64,000 bases of DNA, from contig JBKBRF010000005.1 in the NCBI GenBank assembly GCA_046292385.1, positions 1 through 64,000 of the forward strand, read 5' to 3'. The notes under the pieces were generated by a model. The model was not told where the DNA came from, made no database searches, and saw only the letters and a program-made list of their open reading frames with translations. Below, in pieces: positions 1 through 8,565 of this stretch; the stretch's first letter is position 1; each line of letters begins with the position of its first letter. The translations under genes were made by a program, and so were the position numbers. The stretch comes from Armatimonadota bacterium (GTDB lineage: Bacteria > Armatimonadota > SYMT01).

Positions 1-130
1 CGGCCTCCTTCGCGCAAGCGAGCGATGCGGCAAAACCTTCCTGCGCCACCAGCGGCGTAACTTTACAGCGTGTGACACTCGCCACCGCTTCCCCGCCAGG
101 GGAATCTCGCCGGAGTGCTCGGTCGCTTTC

Positions 131-181
131 GCCTCGGACTAAAGTCGAGGCTACCCGGAGCGAAGCCCGCCTGCGCGGGCT
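131..181. repeat. REP-like double palindrome
   Basis: Two adjacent short hairpins, GCCTCGGACTAAAGTCGAGGC (131-151) and AGCCCGCCTGCGCGGGCT (164-181), resembling RAYT-associated REP elements. Confidence 0.55.
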
Positions 182-538
182 CAGAACTCCACTGGAAGAC
201 GTGTCAGTGACTTCCCGCAACCCCCTAGCTGGCAGCGTGCCCCTCCGCAATGCGGAGAGATGACCGGGTATGGAGCGTGTCTTCGACGAGTGGCGCTTCC
301 ACCCGGGGCGCAGGCGTCCGGAGGACGCGTGGCCGCAGGCCGACGAGCGAGGTATTTCCAATGCCTCGCGGCTCCACCGGCACCTCAGCTTGCTACCCGT
401 TTCGCGCGTCAAGCTTTCCACCCGGTCGACTTTCAGGCGGGTAGTCGGCGCCAGGGCATCGTTCTGCGAGAGCCTCAGTCGGGTTGTTCACCGTCTGGAC
501 CTTAGACTCTGGCTCGACCCCCACCCCTGTGTTCTGCG

Positions 539-568
539 TTGCAAAGGCTCAGATCGGTATGCTATGAT
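539..568 (+). promoter_or_regulatory. sigma70-type promoter of rplS
   Basis: TTGCAA (539-544), 18-bp spacer, extended -10 TGcTATGAT (560-568); GAGGAG RBS precedes ATG 591. Confidence 0.55.
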
Positions 569-590
569 GGCGCCCGAGGAGGAGCCTCTG

Positions 591-950
591 ATGAATTTGA
601 TCCAGAGCATCGAGCAGGAGCAGCTCAAGGACAACGTCCCCGAGTTTCGTGCCGGCGATACGGTCCGCGTTTACGTCCGCGTCATCGAAGGGAACAAGGA
701 GCGAATCCAGCCGTTCGAGGGCGTGGTGATCACCAAGCGGAACGAAGGCCTCAAGTCGAGCTTCACTGTTCGCAAGATTTCCCATTCGATCGGCGTGGAG
801 CGCAGCTTCATGGTGCACTCCCCGCGGATCGACCGGATCGAAGTGGTTCGCCACGGCGCTGTGCGCCGCGCGAAGCTCTACTACCTCCGGAACAAGGTGG
901 GCCGCGCGGCCCGCATCAAAGAGGACCGGAACCGCCGCAGCAGCCAGTAA
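591..950 (+). CDS. rplS: 50S ribosomal protein L19
   Basis: [29 protein letters not shown]...GVER...[10 protein letters not shown] signature; start placed at ATG 591 after strong RBS. Confidence 0.98.
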   Translation: MNLIQSIEQEQLKDNVPEFRAGDTVRVYVRVIEGNKERIQPFEGVVITKRNEGLKSSFTVRKISHSIGVERSFMVHSPRIDRIEVVRHGAVRRAKLYYLRNKVGRAARIKEDRNRRSSQ

Positions 951-1152
951 CCTGCTCCGGCTGCAGCGGTCGGCCGCTCCCTGGGGCGGCTGCGGGCGAT
1001 GGATGGCTCCAAGCTCTGGACTCGCCTCCTTCTCCGCCCGGACGCACCGCAGAGGGCTCGGAACCCCGGGCCTGACCGGAACGTAAGCGATGATGAGCAC
1101 GGGTGCGTCTAACGCCCCGTGCTCTTGCTTTTGTCGGGAGAACGGCTATCGG

Positions 1153-2202
1153 ATGATGGAGTGGCTGGCGAACATCAGCGTCAAGTGGGTGCTCGTGGCG
1201 GTGGGACTGCTCATCGTGGCGCGCGGCCTGCTGGGACGCGATGGCCGCCGCGACTCGGCCCGCGCTGCCTCGCGAGACTTCATCGAAGCGGCGCTGGTGG
1301 CGACGGTGGTGGTCTTTCTCATCATCCGACCCTACTTCATGCAGGCCTACTTCATCCCGACGGAGAGCATGCGCCCCACCCTGATGGAGAAGGACCGCAT
1401 CCTCGTCAACAAGCTCGCTTACCGGTTCGACGGGCCGCGCCGGGGCGAGATCGTCGTCTTCCGTCCCCCGCCGGCCCTGGTGCCGGACCAGCAGGACTAT
1501 ATCAAGCGGGTGATCGGCCTTCCCGGCGACGTGGTGGAGGTGGTGCCGCCGCGCCTGCTGGTGGATGGGAAGACGCTGATGCGCTTCACCCGGCTCTCCG
1601 CCTCGGAGATCCGCGGCGAGAGCTTCCGGCCGGAGGCGGACCCGGGGCTCAGCTACCCGCTCGCCGGCGGCAGCGTGACGGTGAAGGGGGACACGGCCTC
1701 CGTGAGCAACGGCCCCCGGGAAGACCTGAAGGTGGTGCTCTACCGGCCCGGAGACGTGCTGCGGACCGAGCGGGACTTCATCTACCTGAACGACCAGCCG
1801 ATCCTCTCGATCGTCTTCGGCCCCCTGGAGGTATCGCACGACCTCTCCGGCTGGGGCGGCGACGAGGACCTCGTCGGGCGGGTCTACTCGCTCAACGGAG
1901 AGCCGCGGTTGATCCTGGTCCGCGGTAAGAAGCTGACCCAGGACGAGGGTCACGTGCTGGTCAACGGGCACCGCCTGGAAGAGCCGTACCTGGCCGAGCC
2001 GGCCGCTTACTCGATGCCGCCGGTGGAGGTCCCGGCGGACCATTACTTCCTGATGGGCGACAACCGGAACCGCAGCTCCGATAGCCACGTCTGGGGTCCG
2101 CTGCCGGAGGAGCGGGTCCTCGGACGCGCGGAGGTGCTCTTCTGGCCGCTCAATCGCTTCCACTTCATTCACAGCCGAGATGCCGCGCCGCACACCGATT
2201 AA
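1153..2202 (+). CDS. lepB: signal peptidase I with large internal insertion
   Basis: N-terminal TM segments; AYFIPTESMRPTL (catalytic Ser), YIKRVIGLPGD (catalytic Lys), GDNRNRSSDSH box; follows rplS. Confidence 0.93.
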   Translation: MMEWLANISVKWVLVAVGLLIVARGLLGRDGRRDSARAASRDFIEAALVATVVVFLIIRPYFMQAYFIPTESMRPTLMEKDRILVNKLAYRFDGPRRGEIVVFRPPPALVPDQQDYIKRVIGLPGDVVEVVPPRLLVDGKTLMRFTRLSASEIRGESFRPEADPGLSYPLAGGSVTVKGDTASVSNGPREDLKVVLYRPGDVLRTERDFIYLNDQPILSIVFGPLEVSHDLSGWGGDEDLVGRVYSLNGEPRLILVRGKKLTQDEGHVLVNGHRLEEPYLAEPAAYSMPPVEVPADHYFLMGDNRNRSSDSHVWGPLPEERVLGRAEVLFWPLNRFHFIHSRDAAPHTD

Positions 2203-2869
2203 CCCGCCTGTCCTCACCCAACCGACCTGGGAGCCGGAGCGCGCCGCCTGGACCGGGGGGTGGCTCCGCGTGGCCGGCGTGGACGAGGCGGGGCGAGGGC
2301 CCCTGGCGGGACCGGTGGTCGCCGCCGCCGTGATCCTCCCGCGCGAGGTGGAGCTTCCCGGCCTCGACGATTCCAAACGCCTCGACGCCGGGGAGCGGCA
2401 GCGGCTCTACGACCTGGTGGTGTCGCAGGCGGAGGCGTGGAGCGTGGCGGCGGTCGACGTGGAGGAGATCGACCGCGTGAACATCCTCCGCGCCACCCAC
2501 CTCGCCATGGCGCGGGCCCTCTCGCAGCTGGCGCCGCTGCCGGACGGGGCGCTCGTTGACGGGCTGCCGGTGAGCGGCCTCCCCTGCCCCCACCGGGCGC
2601 TGGTCGACGGCGACGCGCTCTGCATCTCGATCGCGGCGGCCTCCGTCGTCGCCAAGGTGACGCGGGACGCGATGATGCTGGAGCTCGACAGCCGGTTTCC
2701 CGGCTACGGCTTCGCGCGGCACAAGGGCTACAGCACGCCGGAGCACCAGCGGGCGCTGCGGGAGCTCGGGCCGGCTGCGTGCCACCGCCGCTCCTTCCGG
2801 CCCGTGGCTCAGCTCAGCGGGCTCTCGCCGGAGCTGCCGCTCTGGGACGAGCCTCCCCAGGCGGGCTGA
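2180..2869 (+). CDS. rnhB: ribonuclease HII
   Basis: AGVDEAGRGPLAGPVVAAAV, DSKRL, IAAASVVAKVTRD, HKGYST, HRRSF motifs. Confidence 0.97.
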   Translation: MPRRTPINPPVLTQPTWEPERAAWTGGWLRVAGVDEAGRGPLAGPVVAAAVILPREVELPGLDDSKRLDAGERQRLYDLVVSQAEAWSVAAVDVEEIDRVNILRATHLAMARALSQLAPLPDGALVDGLPVSGLPCPHRALVDGDALCISIAAASVVAKVTRDAMMLELDSRFPGYGFARHKGYSTPEHQRALRELGPAACHRRSFRPVAQLSGLSPELPLWDEPPQAG

Positions 2870-3375
2870 TCCGCAGGCTCCGGTGAGGGTTCGGCCGGGG
2901 GAGCGGGCGCGGCGGCAGGCGGCTTCGGCAGGCGCTCAGCCAGCGCGGGGAAGAAGAAGTTGCCGCGATTGGGGAGCACCATCGGCCCGCTGTAGGCTTC
3001 AATCCGCAGCAGCCGCCGCGGAACCGTGAGCGAGCGGTAGAACCCGATTCCGAGCAGCAGCACGGCGGAGACCGCCAGGGCCAGCCCCGCCACCCCGGTG
3101 CCGATCGCTTCGAACGCCAGCAGCATCAGGACCACGAAGCCGACACAGGCAATGAAGCCGATCGAAGCCCCCAGCGGGCCCCAGTCTCGCACCTCGTACT
3201 GGTAGGCGGCGCGGATATCGGCGTAGGGGATCACGCGGGCGCGCGCCCAGTAGCTGCCGCTGCGCACCTCCAGCACCAGGCCCTCCGGCGCTAGCAGCAG
3301 CCGCCGGTTGCCGCTGATCGGCATCATTGTCTCCCGCTGCTGCGGCGGCGGGGTGGTAACCGGGGCCTCGGTCAT
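2809..3375 (-). CDS. hypothetical membrane protein (2 TM)
   Basis: Start MTEAPVTT overlaps upstream stop (ATGA coupling at 3372-3375); two hydrophobic helices; Pro-rich tail. Confidence 0.7.
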   Translation of the reverse strand: MTEAPVTTPPPQQRETMMPISGNRRLLLAPEGLVLEVRSGSYWARARVIPYADIRAAYQYEVRDWGPLGASIGFIACVGFVVLMLLAFEAIGTGVAGLALAVSAVLLLGIGFYRSLTVPRRLLRIEAYSGPMVLPNRGNFFFPALAERLPKPPAAAPAPPAEPSPEPADQPAWGGSSQSGSSGESPLS

Positions 3376-4118
3376 TCCGTGCTCGCTCCGGAGATCCACA
3401 GGAAGATCCAGGCGGCGAGCACCAGCACCACCGTCGCCACCCCGAGCGAGAGCCCCGCGATCGAGACCCCGCGCCGCGGCAGCTCCGGGCGCAGGCGGTG
3501 CTCCCGCATCGCGCGCGCGCCGACCGCCAGCCCGGCGATCCCGAGTGGCAGCGTCATGATGCCGGTGAGCCCCGCGAGCACCGGTCCCGCGGCCGGAATC
3601 GGCACGAAGCACCAGGTCACCAGCGCTCCCAGGAATCCCAGGATGCTGAGGCTCAGGCTGGTGCTCGGCAGCGTGAACTGGCGCTGGACCGTCTGCAGCG
3701 CGCCCCGCTGGTGGAGCAGCTCGAAACAGCGCGGGCAGTAGCCGTGGCCCTCGATCCGGGTGGTGCAGAGGCGGCAGATAAAGTCGCCGCACCGCTCGCA
3801 CGAGCCGACTGCCGCGTTGCTCGGGTGGTTCGCGCACGGCGCGCCCAGCTCCGTCGCCGGCTGCGGCGCGGCGGGCGGCGCGTATCCCCAGGCGGCGCCG
3901 GGTGGGGCATAGCCGGCCACTCCCGCGGCTCCGAACCCCGGCGGCACGGTGCCGGCGGCCGCGTAGCCGGGGGCGCCGTACGCGGGATAGCCGACCGGGA
4001 CCGGCGGCGTGGGTGAGCCGAGCGCGACCTCAAACCGCTTCCGGCAGCGGTCGCACTCGTACGCGCCGGACTCGGGCAGATCGAGGCGCACGTGGCAGTG
4101 GGGACAGAGACCTTCCAT
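3372..4118 (-). CDS. Zn-finger (zinc ribbon plus B-box-like) membrane protein
   Basis: CPHC..CDRC at N-terminus, Pro/Gly/Tyr linker, CANH..CERCGDFICRLC..CPRC, then about 3 TM helices. Confidence 0.75.
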   Translation of the reverse strand: MEGLCPHCHVRLDLPESGAYECDRCRKRFEVALGSPTPPVPVGYPAYGAPGYAAAGTVPPGFGAAGVAGYAPPGAAWGYAPPAAPQPATELGAPCANHPSNAAVGSCERCGDFICRLCTTRIEGHGYCPRCFELLHQRGALQTVQRQFTLPSTSLSLSILGFLGALVTWCFVPIPAAGPVLAGLTGIMTLPLGIAGLAVGARAMREHRLRPELPRRGVSIAGLSLGVATVVLVLAAWIFLWISGASTE

Positions 4119-4203
4119 CGGGGCTTGAGCTAACGGCAGAACGGCGCGGGCTACGCGTTACGGGTTCCGCGGGAGGGCCGCTTCTCCCTCTGCGGCCATA
4201 GGA

Positions 4204-5457
4204 TCAGGCGGCGCCGAGCCGCAGCCGACCTGCCAGAAGATCCCGGCGGCTCCGCACGTGCGGGGCCTGCTCGTTCTCCGGATAGCGGCGGAGGAAGTCT
4301 TCCAGGCATTCCAGCGCGTCGAACGGACGGTCGAGCTGCTCTGCGTAGAGCTCCGCGAGCCGCAGCAGCGCCTGCTGGCCCTCCGGCCGGCACCCGTAGC
4401 GGCGGGCGAGCGCGCCGTAGGCGGAGACGGCGCGGGCGAGGTCCCGTTCCTCCAGCATCCGCGCGAGCAGCAGGCAGGCGCCGGGTGGGAGGAGGTCGGC
4501 CGCCTGGTACTCCGCCAGCTCCAGCAGCTCCAAGTAGCCTTGCAGCGCCGCCGAGTGCTGCCCGGCCGCCACCAGGCTCTCGACCGCCTGCGCGTACAGG
4601 TCCGCGGCGCGGCGGCACTCGCCCGCATGGAGCCGGGCGCGCGCGCAGTGGAGCAGCAGCTCCGGGTCGTGCGGCGTCGCCTTCAAGCGGCGCTCGAGCT
4701 GGTCCGCGGCTTCCCCGCGGCGGAGGTATTCGACGTTCGTCTGCGGATCGTCGGTCACGAACTCCCGCCGCGCCGCCTGCGCTCCGCCGAGGAGCACCGC
4801 GACCAGTGCCCCGGCCGCGAAGCCGCCGACGTGAGCCCAGTGGGCCACTCCGCCCGGCCCGCGCCCGATGACGGCGTCCCAGATGCCGGTCACCACCTCC
4901 AGCGCCACCCAGTAGCCGAGCGCCCAGCCGGAGCGCACCCAGACGGCGGCGCGGGCGCGGCCCGGCAGCGCGACCGGCAGCCCGAGCTGCAGACGCGTGC
5001 GGTGGAAGCGGAGCAGGAAGAGTCCCATCACGGCGGCGATAGCGCCGGAGGCGCCCACCATCGGCACGGCCTCGCCCGCTCCGAGATGCTGCGCGACCAC
5101 CAGGTGGGTCGCGGCGGCCGCCAGTCCCCCCGCCAGGTAGAGCGTCAGCATTCCCGCGGGACGCAGCGCGTCCTCGATCAGGCTGCCGAAGATCCAGAGG
5201 AAGAGCATGTTCCCCACCAGGTGCGGCAGGTTGCCGTGGAGGAACATGTGGGTGAAGAAGCTGTACCAGCGGGGGCTGCTGCCGTGGAGCCCGAGCTCCC
5301 ACACCAGCCGCGGCGCCGCCGGACCAGCCTCCCCACCTCCGCCGGAAAGCTCCAGCAGGCAGGCGAACAGGAAGATCCCCACGTTCAGCGCGATGAGCGC
5401 CAGCGTGAGATACGCCGGACGGAGCCGGGGCCGGTCTGTGCGCAGGGGGATCAGCAT
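4204..5457 (-). CDS. rhomboid intramembrane serine protease with C-terminal TPR region
   Basis: HMFLHGNLPHLVGNMLFLWIFG, GASG catalytic Ser, AHWAHVGG catalytic His; helical repeat C-terminus. Confidence 0.93.
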   Translation of the reverse strand: MLIPLRTDRPRLRPAYLTLALIALNVGIFLFACLLELSGGGGEAGPAAPRLVWELGLHGSSPRWYSFFTHMFLHGNLPHLVGNMLFLWIFGSLIEDALRPAGMLTLYLAGGLAAAATHLVVAQHLGAGEAVPMVGASGAIAAVMGLFLLRFHRTRLQLGLPVALPGRARAAVWVRSGWALGYWVALEVVTGIWDAVIGRGPGGVAHWAHVGGFAAGALVAVLLGGAQAARREFVTDDPQTNVEYLRRGEAADQLERRLKATPHDPELLLHCARARLHAGECRRAADLYAQAVESLVAAGQHSAALQGYLELLELAEYQAADLLPPGACLLLARMLEERDLARAVSAYGALARRYGCRPEGQQALLRLAELYAEQLDRPFDALECLEDFLRRYPENEQAPHVRSRRDLLAGRLRLGAA

Positions 5458-5653
5458 ACGGCTAGAAGAGCGGGCGCCTTCTGGGAGGTTACCTGGTAAA
5501 CGACCGGAGCCCGGCTGAAGTTCCGCTCAGTCGAAGCTCTTTTCTATCAACCCCTACCGACGGTGTTGCACGCCGCCGGTGCAGTTCAAGTGCGGCATGC
5601 AAAACGGGGGATGGCGCACCGCCACCCCCCGCCTGCTCGAGCGCGGACGCGCG

Positions 5654-6628
5654 CTACTTCTTCTCCAGCACCCAGACGTTCCGGACGTGGACCGGGTTGC
5701 CGTGATTCTGCACCTGGAACGGGCCGGGCCCGGCGGCCTCCGGCCGGCCGCCGGGCGAGGCGTTGGGAAGCTCCACCCGGTCGTGAATGACCACGCCGTT
5801 GTGCTTCACGGTGACGAGCGCGTTCTGCGTCTTCTTGCCGGCGTCGTCGAACCGGGCGGCCTGGAAGTCGATGTCGTAGGTCTGCCAGGCGAGCGGTGGG
5901 AAGCACATGTTCTGGTCCGGCTCCCTGAAGGAGTAGAAGCCGCCGCACTCGTTGTTCTTGCCGTCGAGGCCGAACGAGTCGAGGATCTGCAGCTCGTACC
6001 GGTCCTGCAGGTAGAGCCCGCTGTTGCCGCGGCCCTGGCCGCGCGCCTTCGGCATGAACGGGGTGCGGAATTCGAAGTGGATGGTGAAGTCGCCGAACGC
6101 CTGCTTCGTGCGGGCGCCCGCGTCGAGCAGCCCGTCCGCGGTCATCCGCCCGCCCTGCCACGCGTCGGCGCTCGTGCCGTCGAAGAGCACCACCGCGCCC
6201 TGCGGCGGCTTCGCGCCGAGCGTGAGGCTCTTGCGCTCCACGCGGCGCAGCCGGAAGCTGGCGCCTTCCGCGGTCTGGCCTTCAAAAGTGCCGTCGGAGA
6301 TCGTGCCCTTCCAGCCGCTGCCCTCGAAGCGCGTCGCGGAGCCGTCCGCGCGGCCCTCCACGCGGATCCGGGTCTTCTTGTCCCAGCCGGCGCCGGGAAG
6401 CCCGCCCGGGTGGAATACCGCCTGGAAGGCGCCGTCACCGAGGACGATCACCTGCACGCCCAGGTCCCGATCGCCCGCGCGGCCGGTGTACTCGCCCTGG
6501 ACGCGGTAGTCCGGCCCTGCCTCGGCCACGTTGGTCACGGCGTCCCCGGGCGCCAGGGCCCAGCAGGAGACCGCCCCGCCCGCCAGCACCGCGCCCACGG
6601 CGCCCAGGAACAAGATTCGTCGCCTCAT
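5654..6628 (-). CDS. secreted DUF1080 (3-keto-disaccharide hydrolase family) protein
   Basis: Signal peptide; LFDG, GNSGLYLQDRYELQILDS, WQTYDI, QNHGNPVHVRNVW motifs. Confidence 0.9.
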   Translation of the reverse strand: MRRRILFLGAVGAVLAGGAVSCWALAPGDAVTNVAEAGPDYRVQGEYTGRAGDRDLGVQVIVLGDGAFQAVFHPGGLPGAGWDKKTRIRVEGRADGSATRFEGSGWKGTISDGTFEGQTAEGASFRLRRVERKSLTLGAKPPQGAVVLFDGTSADAWQGGRMTADGLLDAGARTKQAFGDFTIHFEFRTPFMPKARGQGRGNSGLYLQDRYELQILDSFGLDGKNNECGGFYSFREPDQNMCFPPLAWQTYDIDFQAARFDDAGKKTQNALVTVKHNGVVIHDRVELPNASPGGRPEAAGPGPFQVQNHGNPVHVRNVWVLEKK

Positions 6629-6976
6629 TCTACTCCTCACTCCTCTCTCTACCCGGGAGCCGGCAATCACGGAGGAATTGTTGGTCCCAGGTGAGCGCGA
6701 CTCCTGCCGCTGGGCGTGCGTTGCAGGTTGGCAGGTTGCAGGTTCCGAACCCGCCTGTCGGCGGGCCGCCGGCAACACGGCGACCTCGGGTGAACGCCGG
6801 CCCACGGGCTCGCCCTTTCTTCCGGAGCAAGCTCTGTACTACTCACCGTGAGGATCGTGCCGGGAATGCGCAGATTCTGCCGGCGGTATCGCGTGCGTGG
6901 ACCTAGCGAAGCGGGAGGGGCCAGTTTTGAGGCCTGTTTGCTTCTTTTCGAGATGCACCATCTATCCCGCGACCCG

Positions 6977-7552
6977 ACCCCGCGCCCTTGTGCCGGAAGG
7001 CAGCCCTCCCGCGACTTGGCCCTCCGCGGCCTTTTCACACTCCGCTGCGCTCCGTTAGCAGGCCGCTACGGGAGTTCCCGCCGAGAAGCTCTTCCCGCGT
7101 CACTGCGTTGCACCGCCACAAGAGCAGGGTTCACGGGCTACCTTCCGACCCTTCGAGCGACCACCCCTGGACTCAGGGGTGGTCACAACTGGCGCCCTCC
7201 GGGCGCCCCGGGTCCGGGCTCGGTCCGCAGCCGACGAGTGTTGCCGCAACCCGGTGCAGCACGACCGGCTTCGCCCCCGCTAGCGTGGGGACCTGCGGAG
7301 CCCGGAGGCTCTGCCAAAGGCAGGGCCGGAGGGGTCCACTTGTGAATCCCCCGGGCGAGGGGGATTCACTTGAGCCGCCCGGAGCGGCCCGTGAACCGTC
7401 GCCTCGCTGCAGGCGCCGCCTGCGGACGCGGAACGTAACGCGCCGGGGAGCACGCCCGCAGCGCCCGCTAACGCAGGCGAAGCCGGAGCGTGAAAGGGCG
7501 GCGGAGGGCCACCCACGCGGGAGGGCCGCTCCGCGAGGTGAGGGCGGGGGGT
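6977..7552. ncRNA. candidate large structured ncRNA or long imperfect inverted-repeat element, unassigned
   Basis: Continuous long-range complementarity between 6977-7230 and 7293-7552 with opposed internal hairpins; no credible ORF; strand unresolved. Confidence 0.55.
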
Positions 7553-7674
7553 GGACTCCCGGAGCGATGACAGTCTCGCCGAGAGAATCTTTCTCCCGCC
7601 GCCTTGAGTTTGGTTGCGGCATCAGCCACGCTTTGTTCTCTGTGCGCTCCGTGGTGAGTCGGGGTTCGAGACCG

Positions 7675-8316
7675 TCAGGCGAGGGGCGAGACGCGCTCGG
7701 CGAGGAGCAGCGCCTCGGCGATAGCGCGGAGGGAGCGGCCGGTACGCTCCGCCTGGCGGCGGAGGCGCTGGTAGGCTTCCGCCTCCGGGATGCCGTCCCG
7801 GCGCACCAGGATCGCCTTGGCGCGGCGGACCAGGGCTCCCGTTTCCAGGCGGTCGCGTGCCTCCGAAAGCTCCCGCTGCAGCCGCGCGAGCTCCCCGGCG
7901 TGGGCCAGCGTCATCTCGACCGCCGCCAGGAGGTCCGCCGGTCGGGGCGGGCGCTGCAGGAGCGCGGAGGCACCGGCCTCGCAGAGGGCGCCGACCCAAC
8001 GCCGGTCCGGGACGGGAGAGAGCGCCAGCACCGCGGCGCCGGCCGCGCGCACCGCGGCGACCAGGCGCAGCAGCTCCTCGTCCGCGGTGGGGGCACCGCA
8101 GATCACCAGCGCGGGCTGCAGCTTCCGCGTGAGCGCCGGCACGGAATCGAGGCGGTCCTGCTCGCCGGCCAGAGCGGTGCCGCCGTGCCGGAGCGCTTCG
8201 AGCACTCCCTGGCGGACGCTCCCCTCCGGGTCGGCCACCAGGACTGACGAAAGCGCGGCGCTCTCCGACGAAGGAGGCGCCGCCGGCGCACGATGGAGCG
8301 TCTTGAAACGGGTCAT
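7675..8316 (-). CDS. ANTAR-domain regulator with degenerate receiver domain
   Basis: C-terminal LVRRAKAILVRRDGIPEAEAYQRLRRQAERTGRSLRAIAEALL ANTAR signature; REC-like N-terminus VLVADPE; start uncertain. Confidence 0.88.
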   Translation of the reverse strand: MTRFKTLHRAPAAPPSSESAALSSVLVADPEGSVRQGVLEALRHGGTALAGEQDRLDSVPALTRKLQPALVICGAPTADEELLRLVAAVRAAGAAVLALSPVPDRRWVGALCEAGASALLQRPPRPADLLAAVEMTLAHAGELARLQRELSEARDRLETGALVRRAKAILVRRDGIPEAEAYQRLRRQAERTGRSLRAIAEALLLAERVSPLA

Positions 8317-8461
8317 GGTTACCACTTCCGGCGCGCGCATCGGGCCGAAGTACCCGGCCTCCGTGCCTCGCACCTCCGAATGATAACCGTGCCGCGTTTC
8401 ACTTCCGTGTCCGCGCAATGAACGCTGCGTTACGGCCCCGCGGACAAGAAGTAGCTGAACT

Positions 8462-8551
8462 GAGTGGGAGAAAGGGCGAGTGGGGGAGGGGGAGAAGCCA
8501 TTGGAGTGAGGTTCGGATCACCCACTCTCCCTTGCTCCCACTCCCCCACTC
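8462..8551. repeat. GAGTGGGAGA/TCTCCCACTC inverted tandem-repeat element (family A)
   Basis: Purine-rich arm then complementary pyrimidine-rich arm; related copies at about 19257-19466, 50785-50870 and 56449-56605. Confidence 0.7.
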
Positions 8552-8565
8552 CGGTCCTGGGAGAG

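Noticed and set aside
270..590. N-terminal extension of L19 to 226 aa
   Set aside because: Strong RBS and promoter lie immediately before ATG 591; L19 homology starts there
6977..7552. Rod element as SRP RNA, RNase P, tmRNA, 6S, OLE, or a hammerhead/HDV/twister/hairpin ribozyme
   Set aside because: CCCGTGAACC recalls large SRP RNA but the GTCAGGTCCGGAAGGAAGCAGC core is absent. I found no GAGGAAAGTCC, no tRNA-like ends and no CTGANGA/GAAA core by eye, and it is far longer than 6S
6988..8247. 419-aa plus-strand ORF and 149-aa minus-strand ORF (7173-7622) over the rod
   Set aside because: Arg/Pro/Gly/Ser-rich with no motif or RBS; the long one is antisense to the ANTAR gene
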